Shown: positions 1-12,607, counted from the first letter of the whole stretch. The stretch: 62,495 nucleotides of DNA, filler included, from Choristocarpus tenellus KU-1152 (GCA_964200185.2; 10 parts of 10 records of this genome joined end to end with filler, not necessarily neighbours in it); one strand, 5' to 3'. Notes: generated by a model from the letters alone, not told the origin. Translations and numbers: made by a program.

Positions 1-61
1 TTCCCCCCCCCCTCACCCCCCCGCGCGCCCCCCGCCCCCCCCCCCCCAGATACTTTGGATC
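1..61. mobile_element. MITE family B, terminal fragment at contig start
   Basis: Poly-C followed by CAGATACTTTGGATC, matching the end of the full copies (CAGGTACTTTGGGTC ending at 57690). Confidence 0.75.
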
Positions 62-99
62 AAATATCCTGCTATAGTATGAACAATGATCCCGAATGC

Positions 100-467
100 T
101 TTCGGTTACATGTTGCTGCAATTCATATCGTATTCTGCGCAGATTGCTCTATGGCAGTCATTGAGGATAATAATGATGGTGCAATTGTGATTGCTCAGAA
201 GGAACTATCTGGAAGCGGAACAAAATACATAGATATAAGGTACCAACATACATGTCAGTTGGGGAGGGAAGGAAAGGTTATGATTGAATTCCTACCTATG
301 GAGTTCCAATAGGTGTATCTCTCAGGAAGGCTCTGTCGAACGGACCGTTCAATAGGAATTCCGGTGTTGTCATGGATAGAATGAAGTGGGACAGATTTTT
401 GTGTTGATGGCATTATATGCGTGATTGAGGTAGTACTTTTTCACTAGAAGTTCTAAGGAGGGGAGTG
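100..467 (+). mobile_element. Ty1/Copia RNase H remnant with polypurine tract; 3' LTR probably starts at TG ~468
   Basis: ORF 55-312 contains EDNNDGAI and KYIDIRYQH...GKVMIEFLP (Copia EDNxGAI / KHIDIRYH motifs). PPT AAGGAGGGGAG at 455-465 precedes TGTCAAG. LTR right end not determined. Confidence 0.75.
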
Positions 468-1169
468 TGTCAAGAACATGCTTTCAATTCTTGTGAAAAT
501 GTGTATCTTGTAAGAAATAATTGGTTGTTTGAAGAGAACAAGTTTGTATTCTGAACAATAGGAGATAAGTATAGTTTAATGAAATAGAACGTGGAAGAGT
601 CAGGGAGTAGGAAATATTGTAGTATGAAATCTATGCAAGTAATCTGTGATTGGTGATCCACAGAAGAATGGGATAAATTTGGTGGAAGAGATCCCCTCGT
701 GGGCTTACAGGCCCACTCCACCTTTCTCCTTCCATACTTCATCTACAGTCTGTCCAACTCAAGAAGGGATTAATTAATCGAGTCAATTATATACGCGAGT
801 CTTGGGAGGCATCACCTTCTCTAACGCCCTTGAACCTAGTGGCACTCGCCCTGTATTTGACTCAACGTTCGAGAGATAGAAAACCTCCTACACCAGAGTC
901 TGATGCTGTGCAAATTACCTGTGGAGGTAATCCTATTCATCAGTAGTGAAGATAAGAAGGTGTGAAGCCTCACACGACCCCTTTTGCTGAACGTGGTAAG
1001 AATGGATGAAGTTAGAAGAGTGACCTTTGTGTGGTGTCTTCTCATCGCTTGTTTATTATTTATTTGTGCTTCCTATCTAAGTGAACGGTTACGTCAAAGT
1101 AGTTGAATGCGGAAGAAAAACCGATACATAATCCTATACATAATCCGGATGTACCATCTCATTAGTTAC

Positions 1170-1862
1170 ATCACATGGACTCAATTCAACACAATAATGT
1201 CATACACACAAAATAAGGTACACCTCAGTTTTGTCCTATTTTGCACAGATACGCTCATGTCAAAGTAGGGTACTGTCACGAAAGGACTCTCCCCCTTTCA
1301 AACCCGTGGAACGCAAATGACTAAAGACGAAAAATCAATGTATCACAATCACAAAGAAATAGAATACTGCCATAGAAAGGATATGTACCTCCCTAGGAAC
1401 TCTGAAAATCTAATCAAGTACAGACGAAAATGTCTGGCAATAACGCAGAAGCAGTGTACTCCCATGTGGAAAGACCCTCCCCCCTTCACAACTATAAACA
1501 CAGACAAATACAGATCAAAATATCTCACACGATAAGATATAAGTAGGGTACTGTCATAGAAAAAGTTCCCACTTGTTGTATCCATATCCAGTAGGGTTTT
1601 GTGGTCCGCTCGTCCATACGTAGCAACCCTCCCCCCCTTTATTGCCATCTCCAGTGTACTCTTGTTCGCTGCTCCCAAAGGCTTTGAATAATCTTACTTG
1701 TCCCGTCTCCTTTTTTCTCTCCCTCGAGGTACTCAGCCCATGTATCCCGACCCTATCCTACATCCTTGAGCCACACGTTCTTGATGGGGGTACCTGTGTG
1801 TCACAGACAAAGCACACCTTGTGTTCCCTTAAGCCACCTGCACCTGAGTTCTGACTGATCGA
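1170..1862 (-). mobile_element. Probable 3' end (PPT + LTR start) of a decayed Gypsy-like element
   Basis: Minus-strand PPT AAAGGGGGGGAGGG at 1640-1627, then TG at 1625. Upstream minus frame has a chromodomain-like VWLKDVG*GRDTWAEY. Degenerate ~90-bp repeats lie in 1200-1600. Left boundary uncertain. Confidence 0.35.
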
Positions 1863-1867
1863 ACTGC

Positions 1868-4800
1868 TGTTGGAACCTGGGATTGAGTGAACCGTGCTCT
1901 CTTGTACAGTGACAGGTTGCTTGTAGTGAAGGGTCGTCATAGTGCAGTGAGGCACTGATGAGTTCGTGCTGATGAACCTGGTGACATGCTCTGCACAGTC
2001 AGAGGATATCTGGTACAGCGATGTTGGGTATTCCTTGGTACGTTCAAGGGAAGAGATTCATGCTTTGTGTAGAGGCTTGTCACCTCGTGAAGAACTGTTT
2101 GTGGATGTATTAAATATGAATATAAATAGCATCCAGTTGTGTATCTGGTACACCTAGTGCAGGGAGAGTTCTACATCTGAGTAGGGGCGAAGCCAGCCAA
2201 AGAATAAGGAAAGGGAGAGACATTGCATGAGGTACAAGTGGTGGTTCTGGTGTGAAGATAAAAAATAAAGACACAAACTTCAATCAATATCTCAGACAAT
2301 TCATGTGGCACGTACTATACTTGTACGTTTTGAGAAATGTCGACTGTTTCATACTTGCTATGAACCGTTGAATTGCAACCGTAATCTATGATCCAATAAA
2401 TGTAGAATGAACGATGTAAGAGGTGAGTAATGACCAGTATTGATGTGCGAATCAATAGTGAGTATGAACTGGTAATACTGTTTAACATCAGTAAGACAAA
2501 AGATGAGCAGCCTATGTTTCAACATCTGCTGGTTATTTCTGTACCAGAAAGTCAAGATTGCAATGCGGTAGAATGCAATAAAACAGTGCGAGCACCAACG
2601 GATGACAATCGCTAGTATGTGAGTAAGGCGGAACCTACCCTACAGAAACCTGAGACACATGGGAACTCACAACTAGCAATGCTGCCAACACCCCATGCAT
2701 GATCTCGAGGTGTTCCCCCCATTAGACGGAGGCTCTGAGGTTATGGTCTGGGGCACAGGTCGGTGGACACAGTACGTTGGCCTGTACTCTTGCCTAATCT
2801 CAAGGTTGTAAACACATAGATCCTGAAGCCATGAAGCCGAGTACAGGCCATTGATGCGACCTGTAAGGTAGCCTGCACTCTATTACACAGGCTCAGAGTC
2901 GTAGAGAGAGACCCTGAAACCGTGATCACAAGTGCAGGTCATCGATTCGAACCAGTGCAGACAGGAAGGCGACTTGCACTCTCTTCTACAGCATCAAAGT
3001 CGCACAAAAAGACCCTGGTGCCATGGTCTGGAGTGCAGGCCATCGATGAGGACATGAGTGAATGTCCTCACTCGTGGTCGCAAGGACTGTTCCCTGCTGA
3101 GGGTGAAAAACTGATGCGACTATGCAGACCCATTCCCCCCGATTGGAGAGAAGTGGAGATGGAGATGAGTCTATAGGGTCTCAAGGAGCTAACAACAGTC
3201 TGTTGTGGAAAACTGAGCATTCCTCTCCGATTTGAAGAGACAAGGTACGACCTCCATCTTACAAAACAGTCGCAAGCTTATCATGATGGGATGCGTACCT
3301 CCAATCTACAAGCCTGTAGGTGAATGAAGATGTTTGCAGAGGTTATGGAGGGCTCCATAATAGAAATTTAATCGAATATGCTGGATCTCTCACTTCGATC
3401 ATTCACATTATTGGTTTGTTTGGAGCACATCGAAAGGACTGAACAAACACCATGCATGCCGTATGTATAACCTCATATCGATCAGATCATAAATAAATGG
3501 CCAAGAAGTACAATATATGAAATCTAGGACTTCAAGGTCATAATGGCATTTATGAAACCGCCATTAATACACATCGCCCGTGACAACTCTAGTTTGTCAT
3601 TGAAGCAATCGGATCCTAATCATCCAATTATTCGAGCAAATTTTAAAATTAGGTACAGTATTCGTTACGGCAGCAAGTAGGTAGGGAGTCGTCCTAGCAA
3701 TGTTTCAATGACACGTTTATGTCCTGAGGGATGTCAAGAATTTGGTCCGTAGGCGAAAGGAGCCAGTAGGAGGGGTTTGTTAGCGCTCCGTCGGTGCTCA
3801 GAACTCAGTGCCCTGAGTTTGGTCATGAAAATTCTCCAAGACGGCAATCCTCAACAATGAGGTGGAGCCTCAAGGCGTTCGACTCGCCAATGGAAATTGC
3901 GTTTATATCATCAAGCAACTAGACCCAAGTCAAGGATGGGTTGTGTTTGAATATTCGAATATTCGAATATTTGTTCGGGCCTGTCGGAGTCAGAGCGTGA
4001 CAGGAGGTGTTGTGAAGAGTAGAAGGCAGTGGAGACTTAAACTGCGGGAAATATCATCTCACCAATACCAACAGAAGGGCCAAGGCGAGAAACGTAGTCT
4101 ACCGCACAATCAATTAACGCCATGGGCCGACTACCAACTCAACGAGTCAAACCAATTGAGAGGTACGCAGGGTTGCACTCTAAGGATCCCAAGAATGGCG
4201 AGAAAGATACAATTTTGTACAATTCCAGAAAGAGACTTTGACGATCTATGTTATCACTTTGTTTGTGGACGGGGGGGAATATCAATATTGCGTACACTAT
4301 TGTGCACATAAATTAATGAAATAGAGCGATGTTGCACAGGGTATGAAAGATAGCTTAGAATACGAAAGGGTCTGTTGAAAACCTTGGGATGAAGGAATCG
4401 TTATCTCTTGTACAGTGTCATGTTTTTTGTTGTGTGAAGGGGTGTCATATAGTGCAGTGAAAAGAATGATGAGTTCGTGTTATTGAACCTTGTGACATGC
4501 TCTGCACGGCCAGAGGATGTCTGGTGCACTGTATTGGGGTATTCCTCGGCACATTGAAAGGACGAGACTCGTGCTCTGTGTAGAGGCTTGTCCTTTCGTG
4601 AAGAACGGTTTGTGGATGTATTGAATCAGGATACGTAGCATACAGTTATGCATCTGGTACACTTACTCCAGAGTGAATTACGGTGAAGGGGTGTCATAGT
4701 GCAGAGAAGCATCGATGAGTTCGTGCTAGTGAACCTTGTTTCATGTCTTACACGGTCAGAGGTTGTCTGGTACAGTGATGTTGGATATTCCATGGTACAT

Positions 4801-5040
4801 TCGAAGGAAGAGATTCATGCTCTATGTAGAGGCTTGTCACCTTGTGAAGAACCTTTTTGTGGATGTTTTACTCTGAATATATAACATCCAGTCGTGTATC
4901 TGGTACACTTGATGCAGAGTTAGTTCAGTGTGTGAGTGTGAGCAAGACCAACTAAAGAGAAAAGAAGGAACATTATATGAGATACGGGTTCTAATGTGAA
5001 GAAAAAAAGAAAGGCTCCAACTTAATCAATATCTGAGACA
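1868..5040 (+). mobile_element. Old, internally deleted Ty1/Copia retrotransposon with both LTRs (5' LTR 1868-2298, 3' LTR 4373-5040)
   Basis: Both LTRs run TGTTG...AATCAATATCT(C/G)AGACA and align along their length. Flanks ACTGC/ACTGT give a 5-bp TSD with 1 mismatch. A purine-rich run precedes 4373. ORF 3862-4311 keeps RNase H-like RSQSVTGGVV and DDLCYHFV motifs. Confidence 0.8.
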
Positions 5041-5339
5041 ACTGTTTATGGGACATAATTTATTTGGTCATATCAGTTATGATAAAATCAACATCTCTCA
5101 AACATAAAAAGTTTGTTGAATATCTTCGCGCATTAAAGGCTCATCGCCCAAAGCTGCTGCTTGAATTACTAATTCCCGCTGGTATTTTTCTCAGTCATCC
5201 ATTACCACTGACGTATGAATAAATACTGACTCATCATCATACCGCTATGCACGTTACTACTTTGTAGTGTACCGAAATAAATATAAACGTACATGAAACT
5301 ATGCTATGTACTTTTATCAGCACATAAAACGTAAGGATG

Positions 5340-6030
5340 ACACTGGGTTATTTGACACAAGTATTGTATTGGGGGATCAGAACATTGCCATGGAGAGCCT
5401 GGCTGCTGCAATTCAGCAAGCGGTGGAGAGTGTAGTCCAAGCTCAGCAGCAACAGCTACAGCAGTATCAACAGCTACAACTGCAACGGTACAACAACTGC
5501 AACAACTGCAGCAGCCACAGCAACAACAACCGTCAACGAGGGGCATTAGAAACGTACGTTTTTCTACTGAGAAAGAGGATTGGCACGAGTGGCACAAGGC
5601 ACATCTAGCCCAGATGAGAACTCTCGGGTGTGTAGAGGCATTGAGGAAGAAGATATAATTGTTGGTCAAGACGACTCCGACAGTGAGGGCATCAACCCTG
5701 ATCGACTGCACCAAGAGAGGAAGCTGAATAGAGATCATTGATCACTACGTGCAAGGGGATGGCATTCGAAATTATGGAGTACTTATGATCAGTGACGTCT
5801 GATTTGGCGGGGCACTTCCAACCAGACGTCACTGGCCACGAGGACTTGCAGGTATTCGTCGGTGAGAGCAGCAGAGACATGCAGGTTTACGAAATGAAGA
5901 CCAAAGACACAGCAACGGACGCAATCGCTGTCTTCATCGACCAGGTGGCTAGGGAAGGCGTACCAGTTAAATACATCAACGGGGATGGTACTGGCAAGCT
6001 TGAGACGTTCGTGATATTTCAATGGATGCT
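5340..6030 (+). mobile_element. Copia gag N-terminus fused by deletion to an integrase fragment (pseudogenised)
   Basis: Gag-like RFSTEKEDWHEWHKAHLAQMRTLGC and LITTCKGMAFEI after a CAG/CAA-rich tract. Integrase-core-like VFVGESSRDMQVYEMKTKD...VKYINGDGTG in ORF 5792-6091. Confidence 0.7.
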
Positions 6031-6097
6031 GGTGCCATTGTTCGCTAGCTGCTCGCCGGAAAATGTTTTCTCCTATTCCAAACTACAATAGAATTAA

Positions 6098-6127
6098 AGG
6101 GTTAGGGTTAGGGCTAGGGTTAGGGTT
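6098..6127 (+). repeat. Interstitial telomere-like (TTAGGG)n, about 5 units
   Basis: AGGGTTAGGGTTAGGGCTAGGGTTAGGGTT read directly. Confidence 0.9.
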
Positions 6128-6995
6128 GTACAGTTATTTTGGCTCTTTCTTATTATTTTTTAAAAGTAAGTCGTCTCAACCAGCAAAAAATAAAAAGAGG
6201 TATTCCAAATAAAAACCTACCCGAGACAGATTGCACCCATGCCATCTTCTTAAACAAGCCGTATAAAATCAAACTACACTGTTACACAATTTCACTAGTA
6301 TCACAAGATCTATTGTGTGGAAAACCCGTTACACAATGCTTTCATATGGTAAAATCAAGACCACGGACATAAACCAACAATGCACACATCTTTCTTGAAT
6401 AACCAAAATAGCTTAAGAGGAAGAAAGCACTGCTCGTTTAAAAGGCCATACATCCACACAGAGCAGTACAGATGCACCATCAAGAAAATACACATAAATT
6501 ATTTTTTCCTCTAACTGACCGTCTTCCCTACAACTCAACGACATGTAACACAGACAGCCCCACATACAAAAAACTCAGATAACATCACATCAACAGTAGC
6601 CATTGCTACACGCAGAGTGGCGGATATCACTAGCTATCAGCAAACACCTCATCCCCCCCCCCCCCCCCACTTCCATTCCATCTACATAAAAAATGTCTTT
6701 ACAAAAAATAGGATAGTATGATAGAGTAGTAGCAAGTATTAGGAGAATTTTAATGGCTACTTGCTCACTCACCTGTCACATGCAAGGGTCTTTTTAAAGT
6801 ACATTGTGCAATACCAAAAAATAGAAGACTAAGAGCACATTAAATGATTACTCTGATTTAAAATAAAACACCGAAGTATCATATTACTTCAAAACTCACC
6901 TTCCTCTCCTGCCACAAGGGCATGCTCGGGGGTTATACATGATACATGTGAAAGGATAGAAGTATGAAACAGAGAGTACAATATATTCCTGTGTA

Positions 6996-7260
6996 GAGTC
7001 AAAGTATCTTAGAGAGTAGAGCCGCGTCCATTTGGAGGCCAAAATGCAATGTTGCGATTTTGATGTAATTTTGGCTATCGCGTTTGGTTAGGAGATGTCA
7101 ATATCCTTGTTCCGGACACATATTTTCATAGCGTATACATTTTACCTACTCGGAAACATTTTGGAGGAGGTAGTATGTCATGTCATTAAAAACCCGTGGG
7201 ATGTCAAGCCCCAAATGGACAAACACGGCAAAACTCGTACCCTCTAAGATACTTTCACTC
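6996..7260. mobile_element. MITE family A, full copy
   Basis: TIRs GAGTCAAAGTATCTTAGAGAGTA / TACCCTCTAAGATACTTTCACTC; 4-bp TSD TGTA; three more copies in the window. Confidence 0.9.
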
Positions 7261-7534
7261 TGTATGTATGTATGTTCACGTGTGGTAGGACTCAAATACT
7301 GAGAAAGCAAAAAAGGTACCCCATCAACATACCCCGACCCAAACAAAATCCACATTCCACATTCCAGCCAACGCTATGATGCAGTAGGGAGCACTCACAA
7401 TACATCAAATATACACTGTAAAGCTAGCCTGTACACACTGTTATACACAGATTTTAACCTCATGATAGAATGCCTTTCATGTACAAAAAAGGATAAAACA
7501 TAGACTGCAGCCCCAATCACAACATCCACCTCAA

Positions 7535-7602
7535 GGCTAAAAGTATCTGGGAGGGGGTGGCGGCTGTCCATTTCGGGTCAATTTATTCATGTCGCAATTT
7601 TT
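7535..7602. mobile_element. MITE family B, terminal fragment at contig end
   Basis: GGCTAAAAGTATCTGGGAGGGGGTGGCGGCTGTCCATTT matches the left end of the copies at 26829 and 57541. Confidence 0.85.
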
Positions 7603-7702
7603 NNNNNNNNNNNNNNNNNNNNNNNNNNNNNNNNNNNNNNNNNNNNTTAATTAATTAANNNNNNNNNNNNNNNNNNNNNNNNNNNNNNNNNNNNNNNNNN
7701 NN
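7603..7702. other. Artificial contig linker (N44-TTAATTAATTAA-N44); identical linkers at 13025-13124, 21284-21383, 26239-26338, 30304-30403, 36182-36281, 44865-44964, 53056-53155, 58155-58254
   Basis: Nine identical 100-bp spacers whose core has stop codons in all six frames. ORFs running into X tracts are truncated by assembly, not biology. Confidence 0.98.
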
Positions 7703-8180
7703 GTGCCAGGAGGGGGGGAGTGACCCTCACAAGATAGCCTAGCCGGGAGTAGAGGGACCAGGAGTTGATGAGCAAGGCCACCAGCTTGTCCTCCATCTCG
7801 CTGAGGTGTGTGGCCAAAGCTCGTGTCCCAGAGCTCTCTATCACCTCCGCCATGTGAGCGCGAATAAAATCATCTGTTCCTACTGGAGCCCCCCCAGTGA
7901 CAAAACCACTGGGGTTCGGGGCTAGGTTGATTCCCGCTGTAGAGAGGAGCTCTAGTTCTGAGGGCGTGGGTTGGTAGCCTTGGGGGGGTACGGCAAAGGT
8001 CTTGTCCATGTTTAGGTTGATGCCTACCTCATGGAGATTAGTTTTTTACTGCTCGAAAGCAGCTATGATGATAGGTTGATCCTCCTCGCCGAAATGGACG
8101 TGTCATCCCGATAGCTCTGGGAGGAAACCCCTTGGGATCCAAAGACTGATTGGACCTGTTGCAAGGCCTTGTGTGTTGCC
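7703..8180 (-). mobile_element. CRE-like (restriction-like endonuclease clade) non-LTR retrotransposon, RT fragment
   Basis: Minus frames give SYRDDT (YxDD, ~8103-8115), VGINLNMDKT, GAPVGTDDF and SRLGYLVRVTPP, typical of CRE-clade RT C-terminal motifs. One stop and a frameshift are present. Confidence 0.75.
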
Positions 8181-8255
8181 ATGCAATATATATACATATT
8201 GTTGTTTACTACTATTAATAATATCTAGTATTATTACAGATCAGTAGTTACTACG

Positions 8256-8676
8256 TGTGGAAAGCATGTTTGTCTGTTGTTTTGCCGTTATTGCTGTATG
8301 CCATAATATGCCGTTATTGAGGTTGTGTTCTGAGAACTTCGACTCGACTGTGTGGAGGATATTCGGAGTGATAGATTTCCATGTCCTTCCACAACGTCTC
8401 TTGATGAGCACGGTTTTCTGAAGACGGATCTCCTATCTCTGGAGGGTTTCTTTTCCGAAACCCACCCAAATCGTGATCCTCCCCACTTCCTCAGTTCCCC
8501 ACTTTTTCCTGCAAGTCCTTTCAGTCTTGCACTTGCGTAACCATAACCTCGTCTTCTCGGTTACGGTTCGTTTTTGTTCGTCTGGTCCGTCTTGCCGGTG
8601 ATTCTCTTCACCACCCTTGCCTGAGTGAACCACGCCGCCACAGAATCACACGATTCACGTACATCGTATCGGAACA
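8256..8676 (+). repeat. Dispersed LTR-like repeat (TG...CA), homologous to 45032-45733
   Basis: Shares AAAGCATGTTTGTCTGTTGTT, GAGGTTGTGTTCTGAGAACTTCG, ATATTCGGAGTGATAGATTTC and CACAGAATCACACGATTCA with the contig-8 copy. No clean TSD seen. Confidence 0.65.
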
Positions 8677-8716
8677 TGTTGGGAACAAGGGGGAACATAA
8701 GGTACATAGTATTATT

Positions 8717-8717
<1 letters not shown>

Positions 8718-8754
<37 letters not shown>
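8718..8754. repeat. (AGT)n microsatellite
   Basis: About 12 perfect AGT units. Confidence 0.95.
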
Positions 8755-9773
8755 TGTGGTGGTTGTCATAGGAGTATTGTGTGGTCAGTGTATGTATTGA
8801 TTGTTGTTGTGTTTCAGAATCACGACGTTGATGTTGTTGGAGTTTTTTTGTGGTTATGAGAGGGAATAAAAAGTATTATGATCATTGTAATAAGCTTTAT
8901 TCACTCTTCATAATAGTGATCATAATACTAGTATTAATAGTAGACTTGGCAAAGTGTCCACCCACTCATCCTATGTCACACAACCCCAACCGTTTATTAC
9001 AACAGGACCCCAATAACTTCATTCAGCCTTGATATTTCAATGTTGAAAGCTCGTAAATTCCTTCGTTCAATCATGTGCAGTGTAGTCAGTAACAAGTATG
9101 TAGTAGTAAGAGATACATCTACCTACTTCTTACTACCTGTGGTTCTAACAAAACACTACTTGCTACTTTGAGCTTATACATACTATACGCGTTCTTACTT
9201 CCTGGTGGAATCAACCCCAGCCCAGGCTTTCTTAACACACACGCGAGCGCGCGCATGCATATCAACTAATTTCAGCTATGGCAGCGATATCAACTTCATC
9301 ACTTAATGCGATAAGGCCTCAAGAAGAGATCAACTTTTCAGTCTGCTTGTTGCCAACCAAACCCTGGGCGTATCTGCATAATGAAGTCCTCTGTTGTCTG
9401 TGGCCTTGTTCAGAGGTTGAAGGTACATAATCATAGTGCATGATCTCCGCCTTCACCTCAGACATGGTTACGCCGAATGACCCTTGGCAATAATCACTTT
9501 TGTTTTTTGTTGTAGTCATCATCGACGCCAAACTTCCTTGTTGGCTCTTAGGTCGTCATGTCTTGGCAGGAGGGTTTTTGTTTTTGTGAGTTGTAGACGT
9601 AAGGAAGGACTTGTCAGAAATTCGAAGGTAGAATATAACATAATGGATGGTCGGTGAAGCCTCTATGTACATTGTTCCTGCACTAATGAAAGTCACCCAT
9701 TTCATCAAAAAGCGTACATTTTTTTTTCCTTCCAATCTCTTGGAGACCTTCCTCACACTCGTAGCTTTCGAAA

Positions 9774-10031
9774 AAACCAAACCAATTGAGAAATAGGCAG
9801 GTTGGAACCCCTTTGCATTCAATGCCATCTTTCTTACCCTGTGCAATACACTCTATTTCATTGCTTGTGTGTACAAAAGTGTACGCTAAATTGATATTCC
9901 CCTTTTCCCCACACAGCATGACACCGCAATTAAGCAAAGCCTCTTTCTGAAATTGCACAAAAATGCGTATTTTTGCTTTTTCTCGGGATCCTTAAAATGC
10001 AAACCTGCCTACTTCTCAATTGATTTGGCTC
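9774..10031. mobile_element. MITE family C copy
   Basis: Imperfect TIRs (CCAATTGAGAAATAGGCAGGTT / AACCTGCCTACTTCTCAATTGATTTGGCTC); aligns end to end with 17585-17840. Confidence 0.85.
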
Positions 10032-11711
10032 AAAAACAAAACCTCGTTAAGACACGGGCTTAAGCAAAACGTCTGCATTATCAGCAGCAGAGCAGACCCG
10101 TTAGGTAGGTGCTGCTCAAGTGTTACCCCACTCCCTGTTGTTGCAGCTATGTATGACATTAATAATAATACAAATTGGCATATATGAAATATGAACCACT
10201 AGTACCTTATATATATATATACTTTTCTCCGCTCATGTATAGAAGAGGTTGTATACACAAGCAAATAAGGCCTACATCTTGCTCAACACAGTAATGGGTT
10301 ACTGCTTATTATCCTGGATGTCCCTTCCAACATCTTCTTGTGTGGTTAATCCCTGCACCTCACTTCACAATCACCTCTCTGCACTTCATCAACAAAGTTA
10401 TACCGGCCAAGAGAAGTACACTCTCTCAGATGATGAGCATTTTGAAGCAATACTGCTGCGTGATAATCCTGTTAAGTACTGCTTGTCTCGCTTCCTACCA
10501 CCATAATTGAGTTACTGCTAACCTTCCTTGCCAGGATTGGGTACTGGAGAGCGCAATGCTGTGCGTGGGTAAGAAGGGGGGGTTGCGTTAAGAGGGAAAG
10601 AAGAGGGGAGACTCAGCCAGTCAGAAGCCTCTGCGCTTGAACAGCACCAGGGGGACAGGAACAGTAGGGTAATGCGCCTGGCCAAACCCGTGAGGGCTGT
10701 GCTCGAGGTAAAAGAGGAGGGAAACATTCACCATTAAGCAGCCACAGTGCTCAGCAAAAACAGAGGAAAGGCATAGGGAGGGCCCTGTGTGGTCTGGGCT
10801 TGAGGAAACAGAGGGGGAAAAACTCCACCAGCTAGCACCCACGGTACTCCACCACCATCATGAGGAAAGATGCAAGGGGGGACGGACGGACAGGAATTCC
10901 TTAGTCTTACACTGTACGTAAGTGAGAGGGCTCCAAAAAAGGTTGTAAGGATCCGTTGGGGGAACAAATCGAAAAAATAGTGCTCAGAAAATATATGAAG
11001 GACAAGTCCTTCACATGGGGTCCTGGAATCATCTACAGCATCATGAACATCCAAAGATGTACCATAGGAGACCCCTGGTAAGCCAGACACCTGTTCAGGC
11101 GCATGTGGTGTTAGAAAGCTGATGCCTCAGCATAATTTCAAAAGAGGTTAGAGGGATTCAAAGGCATTCCGCCCATGCTGCTTGTAGTGATGGTGGGTCT
11201 TCTTTGGTTGGTTTCCTCAAAACGTCATTGTGCAGTATTGGTCACCAATCAACAATCCTTACACACAATACATTAGAATAGATGGCTATTAGATGCCTCG
11301 TTTCTATTTCACAACTAGACACAACTCTCCACAGTACCATCACCTCTTTACGGCAATCATCACGGGAAGCAAATATCCAACTGGCTCAAAGAGCTTATAG
11401 GAACGAAACGAGAAGGTGAAGAGCAAGTCCCTGACAAGCCCCCACATGGCACAAACGGTTTATCAGTTACAGCTGCAGAGTGAAACCATTCAAGAGGGCG
11501 ATTGATTTTGGCCCTATGAGTTTTAAGGCCCTTTCGAACATTGGGCAATGTACACCATACCCATACCTGAAAATCAGTTAAATCTCTTTCGGAGGGTGTG
11601 ACTGTAGAAGAGAATTACCTGTGAACATATTGACTGAGAGCATCCCTCCTAGTTACTCAAAACAGACACAACACAATACAAGGTAGTTACGAAGGTCATT
11701 GACTCAACAAC

Positions 11712-12000
11712 ATCCCCCTCTCTTAGATGGTATCGCTCTGCATGACTATGAAGCAGAATACGGCCACTGAATCTTTGGTCCCATAAACAAAACAAGGAGG
11801 TTGGTACAACACTACAGTGTGTAACCTCTGTAGCAATAATATCTCATTCAAGTAAAAACAACACCTGTAGAGGATAGCCAGGTTATTCATACGTGATGGA
11901 TGGGGATAGTGGGAGTGTTCTGGATTGTCTTCTACTTGGCAAAAAATATATCAATCGATGTGGTCACATGTCAACTGCAGGCAACCTGCCTTTCCCTTCC
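11712..12000 (-). mobile_element. Highly decayed Copia RNase H end with PPT
   Basis: Minus strand has a TCDHID-like (KHID) remnant, then PPT AAGAGAGGGGGA immediately followed by TGTTGTTGAG at 11711. Confidence 0.35.
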
Positions 12001-12607
12001 CACCCTACAATAGCCTTGTATCCAGCTCCTCCGCCCAGCATGATGACAAAATGACACAATATTAGAAGTCATTCCTTCGCATTAAAATCCAGTCATTAGT
12101 AACACATTGAGTGGTGTAAGAGGTAAAAATCATGAACGAGGAAGGAGAGTCTACACACACAAGGCCCCCTTGACCGGGCAAAGGAACACTCCAAACTATT
12201 CCAGCATCCACAAGAGAGCACAGGAGGTAAGGACAGCCCAAGGCTAGAAGGGGACATGCCAGGACAAACTCGACGAGATAGTCAACAGGGTGTGCCACCT
12301 CCTCCTCCTTCCTTGCCCGGCCACCACCATCCAGTTACAAAATTGCCATCCAGGATACTAGACAACTCCAACAAGCAAGAAGAAGCACAATTCCCCGCCC
12401 CCCATCCCATCTCCGTAAATACTCCGTAGGTCCCAGGTCCCTGAAAAAACAAAAAATAACTTCCAGAGTGCAAAACCAAGTTCAAAATCGAAAACAGCTG
12501 GAACGAGGTTGAAAGGGCGAAGTCGGCCCAGGCCAGGTCTTGTGCGCACCCAGAATGGGACAGCAAGGATGAAAGTTGGGCCTCCAATGCGTGTACATGT
12601 TCAAGTA

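Noticed and set aside
1950-1985. CTGATGAG followed by a GTTC/GAAC stem, resembling a hammerhead ribozyme core
   Set aside because: No GAAA follows the stem, and the CTGA is not conserved in the two paralogous LTR units (AATGATGAG, TCGATGAG).
7647-7658. Recurrent TTAATTAATTAA motif at regular intervals
   Set aside because: Artificial six-frame-stop linker embedded in N runs, not a biological repeat or array.
10510-11260. GC-richer stretch resembling decayed TE coding sequence
   Set aside because: Multiple stops and no diagnostic motif recognised.
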